Positions 1-16,000 of a stretch of 64,000 nt of DNA are shown in pieces. Both the position numbers and the translations under genes were made by a program. The stretch's first letter is position 1; each line of letters opens with the position of its first letter. This DNA comes from Phallusia mammillata (taxonomy: Eukaryota). The notes below the pieces were generated by a model. The model was not told the DNA's origin and did no database searches. It worked only from the letters and a program-made list of their open reading frames with translations. Where the stretch lies: positions 12,400,001-12,464,000 of the forward strand of contig OZ281494.1 of assembly GCA_965637545.1 (NCBI GenBank). Direction: 5' to 3'.

Positions 1-336
1 TTGTTTCTCTCTAAACAAAACACGTTTAAACGCAGCGAAAACCTCAAATGGACAAAGTGCGATGCACGAATACCCGTAATCAGAGGTGTAGTAAAAAAAA
101 TGTTACCGTCACAAAAAATATTTAGGTGCAACGATAACGGGATGTCACCAAGTGTTTTGTCATACTTATATTGTTAAAACAAACGCTAAACTTCAAATCG
201 TTTTGCTTAATTAATTATCTTGGAAAGAGAAGGCCAGACAAGACGTGCCTACATCCCAAATGACGTCACTCTAGCCAAGTGTTTTTAAACCTTTTTAGGT
301 CTCAGACTTAATTTGCCTCAGAATACGTTTTGTGGA

Positions 337-996
337 CTACATAACTGAGAAGTAATGAAAACAGTAGAAACTTAAAATAGATGCACTATATCGTAACATA
401 GTTGTGGCTGTGTTTTCTGCCGTAGTTGAATTTACCGAGAGGTAAACGTAGACAGTTGAAATAGTTAAAGTCCCGTTGGTTGAATCTGAAACGTTGCCGA
501 CATTTTCAATCGACGCATGAATGACTGAAAATACTCCGCCAACTGGATTTGGAATCCATTGCCGGCCTGCCAAACCTCTTAGCGGACCCTGTATAAAAAC
601 CATGGTCAATTGAGTGTTTATGAGACATTTCAAAGGTTTTGACTCGTAAGTTTCTTAGTTTGTTTTATTTTTTAAACAAACATTAAAATTCCATACCCCA
701 CGAATATTTAAACTCATCTCAAATTAAAATTCATTGTCGCTGGTTGTTTACAAATTCTGTTGTGTTTCATATTCAAAGGGCGGCCTTATCGTAACAATAA
801 TTTTGTGATTATATACATTTTATTCTTTCTTACAAACAACAAATTTACAGGTTTTAACACACGATTTGGACTTTTTCGTTAATGTATAGTGCCCACAATA
901 AATTTATCGAAAAAAGTTACTTACTGTAAATTGTGGACTAGATGGAGAAATCCACAGAATAAAGCACGAAGTCGCAAGAAGCACCGAAGCTTTCAT
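337..996 (-). CDS. Putative small secreted or surface glycoprotein (~107 aa, two exons: 996-925 and 588-337)
   Basis: The minus-strand exon encodes MKASVLLATSCFILWISPSSPQFT (signal-peptide-like) and ends at ACA|GTAAGT. A phase-0 acceptor tttttatacag| at 588 continues in frame into GPLRGLAGRQWIPNP...YFSVM*, with NVS, NGT and NST sequons and a hydrophobic end. No homology recognised. Confidence 0.3.
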
Positions 997-1875
997 CCTT
1001 CCAGAGTAACAATCAGAGTAACGACTGGACATCAAGTTTTGCCCACGAAGAAACACATGAAGCATCATATGGGGGTTACCCCTTCGTGACGAATGCCGAC
1101 GTCATTTTAGCGACAGAATCTTCAGACATTAGGCTGAGCGCTGAAGTCGATTTATCACGATTTAAACTTTTCTTTCTCGTGTCCTTTTTAAGGCTTCCAC
1201 TACCGGGAATTCAAGGTTGGTGACATGAATTGACAATAAATCACTGAGCATTTAGATTAGTACACAAAAATGTTTTGCATTGTCCAGGAAATCGTGTTTT
1301 TTCTCACGTACTTCTATAGTATAACTTTTCACGTTCTGAGCTGCATGCTGTGCATTCGGGTTTATCACGTGTTACAAGCCTCCCACAACGGCTTTTTGCG
1401 TGAATACGGACGCCGGTTCACATAGCTGGGTTGGAATCTTTCAATGGACTTTTTGTATTCATGTTTTTTAATGATATTGGTTAAAGACAATGCATGATAT
1501 GTAATATGTGTTTTGACAAAATGACGTCAATTTGTTTTTCCATGAAAAATATGCAACATTTGGTAAACCAGAGTGTTTTTTTTCAAAAGTCTATTGTGGA
1601 AACTAAATATTTTCGTGGCGTACCATCGACCAAGCAGGAAAACTGTGTCAAAGACCTTGACAGGTTCTGTATCAAACTTCCCCGTTCCCTTCAACACGAA
1701 ATCGCCCCGATTTGTCAGTTATTTTACCATTATCCGATGAGCAAACAACGAACGCTCCCACAATAAGTGATACGGGTTTTCCGATTGCTTGTCAACAAGA
1801 CCTGAGTACACAGAAGCGGGGTGACTAACCAGGACGAACTATGTGGGTCAGAACGAACCGGGAGTAGATATCTTT

Positions 1876-1891
1876 ACACCTGAAAAGACCT
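1876..1891 (-). promoter_or_regulatory. Imperfect DR4 (TRE-like) element upstream of TR
   Basis: The minus strand reads AGGTCT-tttc-AGGTGT, ~0.8 kb upstream of the TR ATG. Both half-sites deviate from AGGTCA. Confidence 0.2.
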
Positions 1892-2697
1892 GAACTGGGA
1901 CAAGGGACCTGAAAAGTTGAAATGAGTTCGTTTGGGTTCTTTTTGCCGTCAACTTTTATGGCGTAGTCTTTGGGTGATGTGTTGCAATACAAAGAGGATT
2001 TTTTCTTATAGCTGCGGATTAAATTTAAAATAAGGCTTTAAAAATATCCCTTTGTGAATTTTATTGCCCAACACATTTGACGCCTCGTTAGCTTTTAAAC
2101 TTTCACTTCGTTTTTTTTTCATCAACCCGGATTTTTTTTAAATTTTAGACTCACCAATGTGGTTCGAAAACATAGTTGCATAGATGACCACTCTTACACC
2201 GGGAGTGAACTGTTCCCAAATTCTTTTCAGCTTTGTTATTTTAATTTGCACTGGTTATAACATTCCAAACGTGATCAAAACATTTTCTTCCCGATCAAGA
2301 ACGATGACGAGCGACACAGTATCAATAGTCGACACAGGGAAATCAGGTAACTGGGTTAGAACCAGGTACAAAGTACACAAGAACAATAAGGTGGAGAGAT
2401 CTGGAGTGTTCGGGTCGTCGCCGGGAGAAGAAATGGAGTCGGCCTTCCACCAAGACTGGCACAAGGAACCACGTGCCAGTTGAAAGATTGTAAGAGTCAA
2501 GGAAGGCTTGGACTTGGTTTCAGAATATGTTCAGATTGTTAACAGCTCGTTAACTTGAAAGAAAACAATTGTTTTACTCAAAGGGCCGAGGGCCGCAAAA
2601 TTTACACTCTGCAATTCATTTTGTTTTCGCTGACAGAAAAAAAAATTAAATTTGTTGCTTGGAATTTTAAGATGTGAAAGTTAACAAAACATCGAAC

Positions 2698-5378
<2,681 letters not shown>

Positions 5379-7044
5379 TCAACTGCCACAATAAGTAAGC
5401 GCGATATGCAAACTACATGTATTCATTTAAAAAAAAAAACACTAGTATTGATTTCAATCCATGTTAGGTATGTTTGCGATCTGTTTACTTTTTCTTTGTG
5501 TTGTGGATATTTTTACAAGCTGAACTACTGTGCATGCTTTGCATAAATAGGTCCAAAGAACTTCGCTCAACTTTCAACCTTGCCATTTCAGTGAGGGGAA
5601 GTTTTGCCCCAGGCATTGTTTCACGTAAGAATCCCCTGTACGTTTCCTGATAGCAAGTGATGTGTGATCTTTGTCTTTCTTGTTATGCATTATTTCCAGG
5701 GTGTTGCTGATGCTTGGCAGGTGTTTTGAAAGTAAGGAAAGTTGAATCTTTAGTCTTTTAAGTACGGAATAGAATGTAGGTCAAGGTTACTGCTGGGTTT
5801 TTTCTGAACAACAAATGAACACTGTTGCTATCAGTTATAGGGCAAAAATGGCAGATTATCTGATTACATGCATAATATATAAACAATCATTAATATTAAC
5901 AACACATCTATGATTAAAGAAACACAGGGCTTCAACAAAGGCTTAGCAAGCTGTCAGTTTATGCTTCAATCCATAAAACATTTGCCCCGACGCAGGCGAG
6001 ACGTAATAGAGAAAAAGGCGTATAATACAAAAAAATACATCAATCATCCGTTTTTGAAAAGCATGGTTCTAGTTTGTTTAACAACGACAAGCCCCAACGT
6101 TTTTGTCACAATCCGAGAAAACCGATCCGTGTACCAAAGAACTGGACATCCTACTTTGGCAAAACATACGGCGTGCAATTTGAAACTTGATCACATTTCA
6201 AAGGAAACAGGATTTTGTTATTGTCTGTGTTGCCACCATGTTAGATTTCACAATATCACATCATGTTGGATTATGCAACAGTGTGTGTGTTTTTCTTTCC
6301 CTCAAATCAATTTTTTGCACCTCATTCTTCTTTTACCGTAGGTGAGCAGTTTCAGTTTTCGCTTTCTGTGCCATTTGTGTGGTGTTATTTTTACAAACTG
6401 CATCCCGAATATGCATTGTTTTAAAGTGCGTGGTACAATTCATTTTCAAAGAGGTTTAGCTTGTAGTGCGAACACTTTGTCGGATAGACCACTTTAAGAA
6501 TGCAAATGACTTGCAGACAAACAGAGCAGCAGTATAGGTGTACAGAGGACAAATCTAATTGGACTGTGACAATGCAATTTAGTTGGACCGTATTTATTGC
6601 CGCCAGAAGCAAACAGACAAGCCCAGACTGCATCCGGCGGGTTACTTGTTGACGATCAAAGGTTAGTGCATGGTAACTTTGCAAACAGCGTGGGTATAGT
6701 GGGGCAAGTGGCGTGAGCATGTTTTACGATTTTGATATGCAAGGAAACACTATGATCAGGCAACAATTACGTGTGCATGTGCAAAATCTGGGACTTGTTT
6801 CTTCAATTTAATAGCAAAATATTTTATAGCGAACAGCAATGAAGTTATTGTTTGCGTAATGCGTACATATTTGACGCCAATATGGACGATTCTGACAAAC
6901 TTTTGAAAATTTATTTGATTTGGCGATTTTAATAAATATTATTCATTTATTGACGCTCCCGAATGCGACGTCATAATGTAGTTTTGATTACAGTTATTGT
7001 TTTTATATCGATAACTTGCCTTGCAGGATTTTCTACCGGCTAGC

Positions 7045-10000
7045 ATGTTGGCTGGTGGTAGATTGGGAATGAGAGGTTTTCTAGCCTTGTTTCTGGTAGC
7101 AAGTTTTGATTGCGCAACTGCTGCAGGTAAGTTGAAATTTGTAATTTCCATTTTAACTTGTTTCCGTTTTCTTAACGTTATTTGAAAGCTACAACTTATT
7201 CCTTTGCCGGCAAAGTAAAAACTGACAACACTATGCATTAAGGCTAATATCTCCATAAAATTAACTGTTTACCTGTGGTGGTTTTAACGTTTTTATTACA
7301 CGTATTTTTATTGTTGTTTTTTCGTTTAATCCTTTTTATTTGATCTAAACGCATGGTTTTAGGGGATTTAAATCCAAATGATAGTTATCAATTTGACACA
7401 TTAACAACTAAATGGTTTACAATTAACGTTACTAAACTCACTAAGTAATAGATTCATTGAAGCTAGGTTCCAATCAACGTTCAGTAACAAATACTGCTTA
7501 CTGTTTTGTTGCTTAAATTTGCGATAGAACGCACATATAGGTTTGATTCAACTAGTAACTTACTTTAACGTAGAGTTGTATGGAGTTCTTATATGAAAAG
7601 TATACTTGACGTTTGTTCTCCAGAGCAAGGACGGACGGTATGGGAGAAGTTTCTTCGTCAAGATCCAAGAGAAAGAGACAGCATGTACTATGGTGATTTC
7701 CCTGCTGATTTTGGGTGGGGAACAGCAACGGCCGCTTACCAGATCGAAGGGGGTTGGGACGCGGAAGGAAAAGGCGAAAGTGTTTGGGATAAATACACTC
7801 ACGACTCCCGATGCAGGTATATGTGTTTTGGGTTCGTATAAAACTGAAAAGAATATTTAGGAGGTTTAAGCAAGATGTTTTGGTTGAAGTCCTGTTCTTT
7901 ATGATTTATGAAGCTACAGACAAACTATCAAGAATTTGAAAAACTTTTCCCGCAGATACTTGAAAAACCAAACAGGTGACGTGGCATGCGACTCATACCA
8001 TCGATTTGACCAAGATCTGGAAGTGATTAAGCAAGTCGGCCTCACACACTACAGATTCTCAATGAGTTGGACACGGTTATTTCCCGACGGGAAAAACACC
8101 TCAGGGCCACTTCAAGGGGGTGTCGATTACTACAACTACGTTATAGATAGCCTTCTGGCGGCGGGAGTAACGCCCATGGTGACTCTGTTCCATTGGGACT
8201 CTCCACAAGTCTTGCAGGAAGAATTCGGTGGATTCAACAGCACTCAAATAATTCCACATTTCCTGAATTACGCTGACTTCGTTTTCAGAACATTTGGTGA
8301 CAGGGTTCATCATTTTTTCACTTTTAATGAGCCTTACAATTATTGTGGTTTGGGTCACGGAATAGGCGTCAGCGCTCCCGGTCTTCTTGAACCCGCAATC
8401 GGAACATACCTGTGTGGACATCATATGTTGCTGTCCCACGCCAATGCGTACAGAAGGTGAAATCGATAAGTTGGTATTAACACTGAAGGGTTGTTTATAT
8501 ATAAACAATGTGTGTGACTTGTTTAAAGTCGCGGTCAAGTGGGTTTGACCTTGTTTGCAGCGTCAAGAGTAGTATTCTGATGCGTATGCAAGTGTCTTTT
8601 ATGTGTTTTCGAACCAAATTCCTTTCTCATAAACCTTCGTGGTTCGTTTAAAACTTTGACATTGCAAAAAAAATTCGAACGCATATCGAACAATGTTAAG
8701 CACCGTTGTGCTAAAACATTATCGATTTACTAAACATACTTATGTAAATGTGCACAGATATCACGAAATTTATCCAGGAAGAAACAGTACTGGTGAAGGA
8801 GTGTCAATAACAATGAGCACAGAATGGCTGGAACCACGTGATCCCGAATCAGCTGCTGATTGGGACGCGACAGATCGATTTATCCAATCAGAGATCGGAT
8901 GGTTCGCTCATCCAGTCTTTGTCAATGGCGATTATCCGGAGTTGCTCAAAGGTGTGAGATTGTACAGTTTGTGATAACCTTTAAGTAAACTAGTAAGAGT
9001 CTTTGTTGGCTTTTATTGTCACAATGTTATACCATACCAAACTGTTCAACAGTCCAATGTTAAATATGTTCTCAGCTTTAGGCATGGATTACAAGCAACG
9101 TTTAAAACGTTTCCTTGTGCAACTATTTTGCAGAAATGGTTTACAACAAAACCCAAAGTCAGCCGAGTTGGGCCTGGATGGGAAGCCGTCTTCCAGAGTT
9201 CACTGAGGAGGAAAAAGCTCTACTTAGCCATTCCGCTGACTTCTTTGCACTACAGATGTACACGACAAGATATGTGGAACCGTTCTACAACTATCCGGAG
9301 CTTGACGCATTTGTCAGTTTTATCTTTGACATGGATGCAATCAAAAGCTGTGACACTAGATGGGATCAATCGCCAGGTGGGAATTATTTATAAATTGCAT
9401 GGAAAGCAAAAGTTACATGACACATGACAAATACCAAAAGTGTTCGATTCTAAAAATAGACTGAAGTAATTCCAAAGATTCGCAACGTTTTCTTTGTAGG
9501 ATCCGGTTGGCTTCGACCAGTGCCATACGGGATACGAAGGCTTCTAAACTACGTCAAAGCCGAGTTCACAGATTTGCCTATTTGGATAACCGAGAACGGA
9601 TTTGAGGAAAACTATATCTACGACGATTTCCGTCGGATTTACTATCTTAAATCACATCTTAACGAGGTCCTAAAAGGTAAGGTAAAGTTTTATAGGTGCT
9701 TCTCAGTCAAAACGATTGTAAATTTACAGTACAAATGCTTACTTTCTTTTTTAACCTTTTTTGTTACAATCGTTGTTCTTTGTTACAATTAAACTTTGTT
9801 GTGTAGAGTAAGATCAATAAGCAAACATATGCAAACCAAGCATGTAGTTACTTTTACCGCAAACTGCTTTTTAATGCGTTGTGAAATTTCTTTTTGTAGC
9901 ACTACTCAATTTAAATCGTTTACAGAAGAAACTTACAAGTCAACTTAAGGCAACCAATCCAATGATAGAACTTTTTAGGCCATAGTTCAGTTGCTTCCTG

Positions 10001-13000
10001 GCCTTTGTCGCATTGTGTGGTTGCACTTTGCTTTGAAACTACAAAAGGGGACAAAACGCGGTAGTGATTGTTTAAAGGGTGGTCAATAACTTCTCATGGG
10101 AAACAAAAGACATTTTTATGATCAGCAGTTTGCATTGCAGTTAGTTCAAAGCGCACCGACATTTGAGTCAATGTTTGCTAAAATCCATGCATCACAACGC
10201 AAATGTCTTTTTCACGACAAAAAAAATTTCAACAGCTGCGCCGTTTTTAGAACGTTAACGACAATGCTGTGCACATTTAAGGAGGGAAGGTTAAATTTTA
10301 ACAGCTTTGTGCTCTCGGAGGGTGCATTAAGTTTAAAATGCCACAACCCTTAAAAATACCACAAAAATTGCGTTAGGTCGCTATTTTCTTCGCGCTTTGT
10401 ACTTCATTTTAAACATAACAAAAACATCGATACTTCATTAAACAACCGTTTAAAAATTATCGCGATAGTCAAGCTATTGAATTGAATAAACCGCTAATTT
10501 ACAAAATTAGAAAAGAAAACGAACCTTCATAAGAACAATCCTGTCAAAGGGTACAACCATGGACAATGATTTTTAGTTATTGTTGGGCGTGTTTGAGCGA
10601 CAAACCTTTTAAACACTGCTGTTCAAAATGAATTGAAGGTATAACACTTTTGTGCCGCAAAAATATAGACCCCCTCAGTAATCTGCAACCGAAATCTAAG
10701 GTAAAAGTATCGGAATACTTGTGTAAAAGGCGCTATAAGCAATTTAGTGGCGCTGTTTTCCATGCAACCACATACAACGCACGAACCTTCCCGACCCAAA
10801 AAACAAATATCAAGGTAACTGAATCTGGTCGTTTGTGCTGATTCATGATTATCCGACTAAATATGTGTTTGTGCCGAGTAATTATTTGTGAAATAATCAA
10901 ACCAAAGCGCCATGCGGAACCAAGCACTGCAATGTTGTAAGTGTTTTACAAGCACACACTGGGAGCCATGCGTCCTTGAGACGAATTGCGTCACAAATTT
11001 CCACTAATCAAATACGTTATTTGCAACCAACACATGGCTGTTGCCCAGTCTCAACATAATTGATAGCTAAGCGTACAAACATCGCAAATCATCCGTTGGT
11101 TAAAATCAAGTGTTTGGTATTAGGCAATTTGCACAGTACAACCAAAAGCGCGTTCTGTACTCGTTTAGGTGTTTGTAAAACTAATTTTGACAAGGTCAGC
11201 GTTTATTACAAATCCATCATGCAATTTTTTCAGCAAACTTCCATTTCCATAGCTCAAACTAAACACCAATAACTTATATTAGCATCCAGCCGCTTAAAGC
11301 TGATATTTATACTACGCTGTCCGCTTAATAGTATAAATCAACAAACCACGTGACATTTTGCAGCAATCCGATTGGACGGTATAAATGTACTTGGTTACTG
11401 TCAGTGGTCTTTGATTGACAACTTCGAGTGGGGATCCGGTTACACTCCGAAGTTCGGGAACTATTACATGGATTTCGAAGATCCTGAACTCGGTCGGCAC
11501 CAGAAGAGATCGTCGGAATGGTTAGAAATGTCTTTATTTGTATACATTGAGCCTTGTTTCTTTATCTTACATGTTATAGCAGCACATTTACAAAAAAAGT
11601 TATTACCAGTTGTTTAAATATTCAAGCAAACTGGTCTCACCATTCGTGTTAAGTATTGTTATTTGAAATTTAATTTGTCGACTAGGAAATCCTTTAATGC
11701 TCCGCTTTTTCTTTGCAGGTACAAGTACATGATTGCCAATAACGGGTTTTCGCAACCTCCTCAGGAAGTTTTCTACTACGGAACTTTCCCACGTACTTTC
11801 GCATGGGGAGCATCGACATATGCATACCAGGTTCTTTATGCTACTTCATATTTGGCCCCATTAAAATAAAAAAAACCTATCCTAACCCGCTCACCAAAAA
11901 ATATGGACGGTAAATTGAGTAAGTGGAAAATGGTACATTTTCTGGACGCTGTCACTACAGTAAGGGCCCATTGGGTCCTGGTCAACCATCACTGATGCGA
12001 AACAAAACTCTAAAACTTAAACTGATCTATCCATTGTATCCAATGGACGCTTGATACAGGCAGTACTTCAAGTTTTTTTTCAAGAACTTAAACTTTAAAT
12101 TTCAAATCGCATTATTTTCTGCTTTGATGTCTCGGACACCAATTTCCTTCTTTTCTCTTCAATTTTCACAGCGACAAGCAAATAATTCAAGTTGCTTATT
12201 TAGAAACATCAATTATTAGCATTTATATTTTTGGGTATTTGATTACTTTTATCGTAGGTTGAGGGGGGCTGGAATGCAGACGAAAAAGGCAGGAGTATCT
12301 GGGATGACTTCACCTTTATTCAAAGCCCAACTGAGGATGGCTCGAACGGTCAAAACGCATGTGACAGTTACAACAGAATTGACGAAGATATAAAGATGTT
12401 GATAGAATTAAGGGTGACAACTGAGTTTGTTTAAAACTAAAGTGTTTGCAAAAGTAAAACTTAACGCATCTTAGCAATCGCCAAAGAGTGTAAATGTAAA
12501 GATTTTTAAAAACAATGCGCAAAATACACTAAGTCATGTTTTAATTTGGAAACCTTTAGTTAGAAACCTTTTGTTATTTACAGGTTTCGCACTACAGTTT
12601 TTCCATATCCTGGTCACGTGTCTTGCCTGATGGTCACGTGAGCAACCTAAATAACGCGGGAATCGATTACTACAACCGTCTGATCGACGCTTTACTTTCA
12701 AACGATATACGCCCAGTTGTAACATTATACCATTGGGACCTTCCATCGGTAATTTACTTATTCCATAGAATCTGAGAGTTCAGTAAATACTTTCCAGAGT
12801 AAAGTCACTAGAACTAGTTAACAAACAAGCTGTTTTTATTTTTCCGAATATTTCCATTTACCTAATAACATCATTGACTTTTTTGCACAATTCTGCATTC
12901 AGAGATTCTGCATTAGTGGTCCCCATTTTTTTCATGAACGGGTCAACATCAACTACAAATAAGGCCTCTGGAATTCCCAAATGTTTTGAAACCTTCTCAT

Positions 13001-16000
13001 TCATAATTAAAAGACCAGTTTATGTCTTTAAAATAAATAATATTACGTTAAAAAAGATTTATTTACAGTGTATGTTTTGTAATGTGTTTTAATGGAACCC
13101 AATTTTATTCACGATTAACCCGTTCATAGAATTTACATATAATTACAAAAAAATGCAGAAACTGCAAAGCGAATACAATGGATGGGAAAATGGTCAGATT
13201 GTAAGCGACTTTGCGGACTATGCAAGACTATGTTTCGAAACGTGAGTACCAAGAATAAACTAATTAACAGTACGGACAATGTTATGTGCTTGAAGTTAGA
13301 TTTTAACATAGAAGTCATGTTGGATTGCTGTTAAAATAATAGGTTCATAAAAAAAGTTTAGTTATTTTTTTTTGGTATGCTGCAAATCGTTGTAAGCTGG
13401 ACTGTCAAGTTTTGCAACCCGTTTTCGTTACAGATTTGGTGACCGTGTTAAGACATGGATTACTTTAAGCTCACCTCAAACAGAAGCAACTAAAGGCTAC
13501 GACACAGGAGAATTCCCTCCTGAAATCCAGGTAAGTGAACAAAAACAATAAACAACATCATAACAATGCTCTGGAGATATCACGAAATGTTTCCTAGGGC
13601 AATGGCGAAACCTCCTACACAGTGGCTCATCATATGATTCTTGCTCACGCCAAAGTCTGGCATATGTACGATGCAGAGTTCAGGTCAAAACAACGTGGAC
13701 AGGTATGTCAAGATTTGGACGTCTGAGAATTTGAACTTCTCTGGCACTGCCATTTATCAGTCATGTCACAGACCCCTTTAATAATGTAAAATTGTATTGG
13801 TTTCAACGTAGATTTCTATGTCATTGGATTCTGACTGGGGTGAACCCTTTAACGGATACAAACAACGAGATAAGGATGCAGCCAACAGATTTATGCAAGT
13901 AAGAAAGTTCTCTTTGGCAAATAAAACATGTTAACGCCAATTTAAAAAATACTCTTTGAATGGTTATGCTTTGTACGCTGCCGCAAATGGCAATACGAGA
14001 ATGAATTCTATTGTTAAAACATAGTGGTCCCTCGGTTGGTTTTTGGCGCCTCTTGTGTTCGGCGATTACCCAGGAGTTATGAAGGACCGAGTTGCTCAGA
14101 AAAGCATGGCGGAAGGAAGGTCAAACTCAAGGTTACCGCAGTTCACTCAACCACAGCAAGATTACATTCGAGGTAAACAGATGTTCCTTTTTTCAATCAG
14201 TTTCCGGCCATATTCATGAAGTAATGTTTTATGTAACAAAGCGACATATTTCAGGTACTTTGGACTTCATCGCTTTGAATCACTACACAACCTGGTATGT
14301 CAGTGAATCTGATATTTACGGAAATTTGACAGCCCCTTTTATGGGGGTGGATTGCAATGCAAACACATCCCAGTATACGGAATCCCAATTATGGGCAATG
14401 CAACAGACAAGCTCCAGGGCTTTACCACAATTTGAAACTGACAACAATGAAAAGGCTGAACCAGTTGGTAAGAAAGTTATGGCTATTATAAGAATCTAAC
14501 CTGCAACTTAACGCAACATATCCCCACTAAAATAATACCGCACACTGTTTTTTCCATATTTTTTATAACTTGTTTGTTCGATTAGTTATATAGATAGTTG
14601 GAGCGGGTCTCCGTTTGATAACATTACTAATTCATGCCAATCTAATTTATCAACCTCCATCATTTCTAATATTCAAATCACGTATCTCGTTGCAAAGATT
14701 TTCCAAGATACCTTAAAAAAATAATAATAAAACTTCTTAGTGTTGCCACCAAGCGTTAAGAATGACCAGGACACGTGGTTACATCAAGATTGGACTTGGC
14801 AAAAAACTGGAAATATTAACCAAGCTGTTGTACCGTGGGGACTCCGTCGAGTTCTCGGATGGGTCAAAGGTAGTAAAACATACTTGGGATTTTTTGTACT
14901 GCATTAGTTAATAAAAGCCTTATGGATCTAAAAGGCAAAAGACGTTTCTTAAAAAAGGCGAACCATCAAAGACAAAAAAGGTGTAATGTGCAAACCATTA
15001 TGGCCTTGTGGTCAGTTGGTATTCTCTATGAAAGTCTTTTGCGGAAATCTCATCCAACAAAGCTAACCGTTACTGAGCAGATAGGAAATATAAGTTTACA
15101 TCAGATGACCAGGGTTCAAATAAAAATCGGCTATTTTAATTTCGGGTTTAAAGGGAGGCTATGCTTGTTTAACTCTTCTCACTTTAAACAGTTAAATTTA
15201 TTGTCTTGGCCTTTGTATAGATAACTATGGTGACATTCCGGTCTATGTGACTGGCAACGGATTGTCGGAACCTGTTAGAACTTCCATCACGGCTGAATGT
15301 ACATTTGGTCGGAACCCATTAACAAGGTTACCTTTGGTTTGAATTTTTGAAGTGAAATGATTTTTTATCAACCCTGGCTGCAAAAAACATGTAATACACA
15401 AAATAGGGTCGGTATGAGCAACTGCTTTTCACTCCTGACTATCAGTTCGAATTCATCCTTGGTTTGTTTTTGTAAACCTTTAGCCTAATTAAACATGAAG
15501 CTGTAACTAGAAGCTAGCGATATTATCGTAACTCCTCCAAATTGAAGTCAATTAAATAGTCCAACAATCAATAAATGATCCTTGTCTATAGGTGGAGAGA
15601 TATCGGTTTAAATGACCGCGACAGATCAGAATACATTCATTTGTACGCGGATGAAGTTTTGAAAGCAATTGACCTCGACCACGTGGACGTTCGTGGTTAT
15701 TTCGCTTCATCTCTTATGGACGGTTTCGAATGGCTTGCAGGTGTGTGTGTGTGTCCAAATTTAGGCAATTTCGATAGGTGGCGCAAAGAGCTGAATTTTT
15801 TGGTAGAGCTACTAACACAGGAACTCACAGCACACCCGATTTGCTAAATATCGATGGAGGGCGTAAAGAGCGCAGCTATTTTTTAAAAAATAGTGAAACT
15901 GGAAGAAGGTTAGGGACTAAATTACATAAACATCTAGGTTTTTAGGTTAATTTTATTGTTATTAAACCTCAGACTAACCAATAGCCCTAACCGTTAGCAC

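Noticed and set aside
2184-2483. 99-aa + strand ORF upstream of TR as an extra A/B exon or uORF
   Set aside because: No recognisable similarity and no supported in-frame splice to the TR exons. Unresolved without RNA data.
730-2500. Cadherin-like words on the minus strand (PPFEYETQQ ~750-790, FRVEGNGEV ~1670-1710, VLDREE ~2290)
   Set aside because: They lie in different short frames bounded by stops, and I could not build a consistent exon chain. Probably chance.
5773-5789. AATGTAGGTCA (ROR/Rev-erb consensus) overlapping a DR0 between TR and LPH
   Set aside because: A degenerate 11-mer is expected roughly once by chance in a window this size, and there is no supporting evidence.
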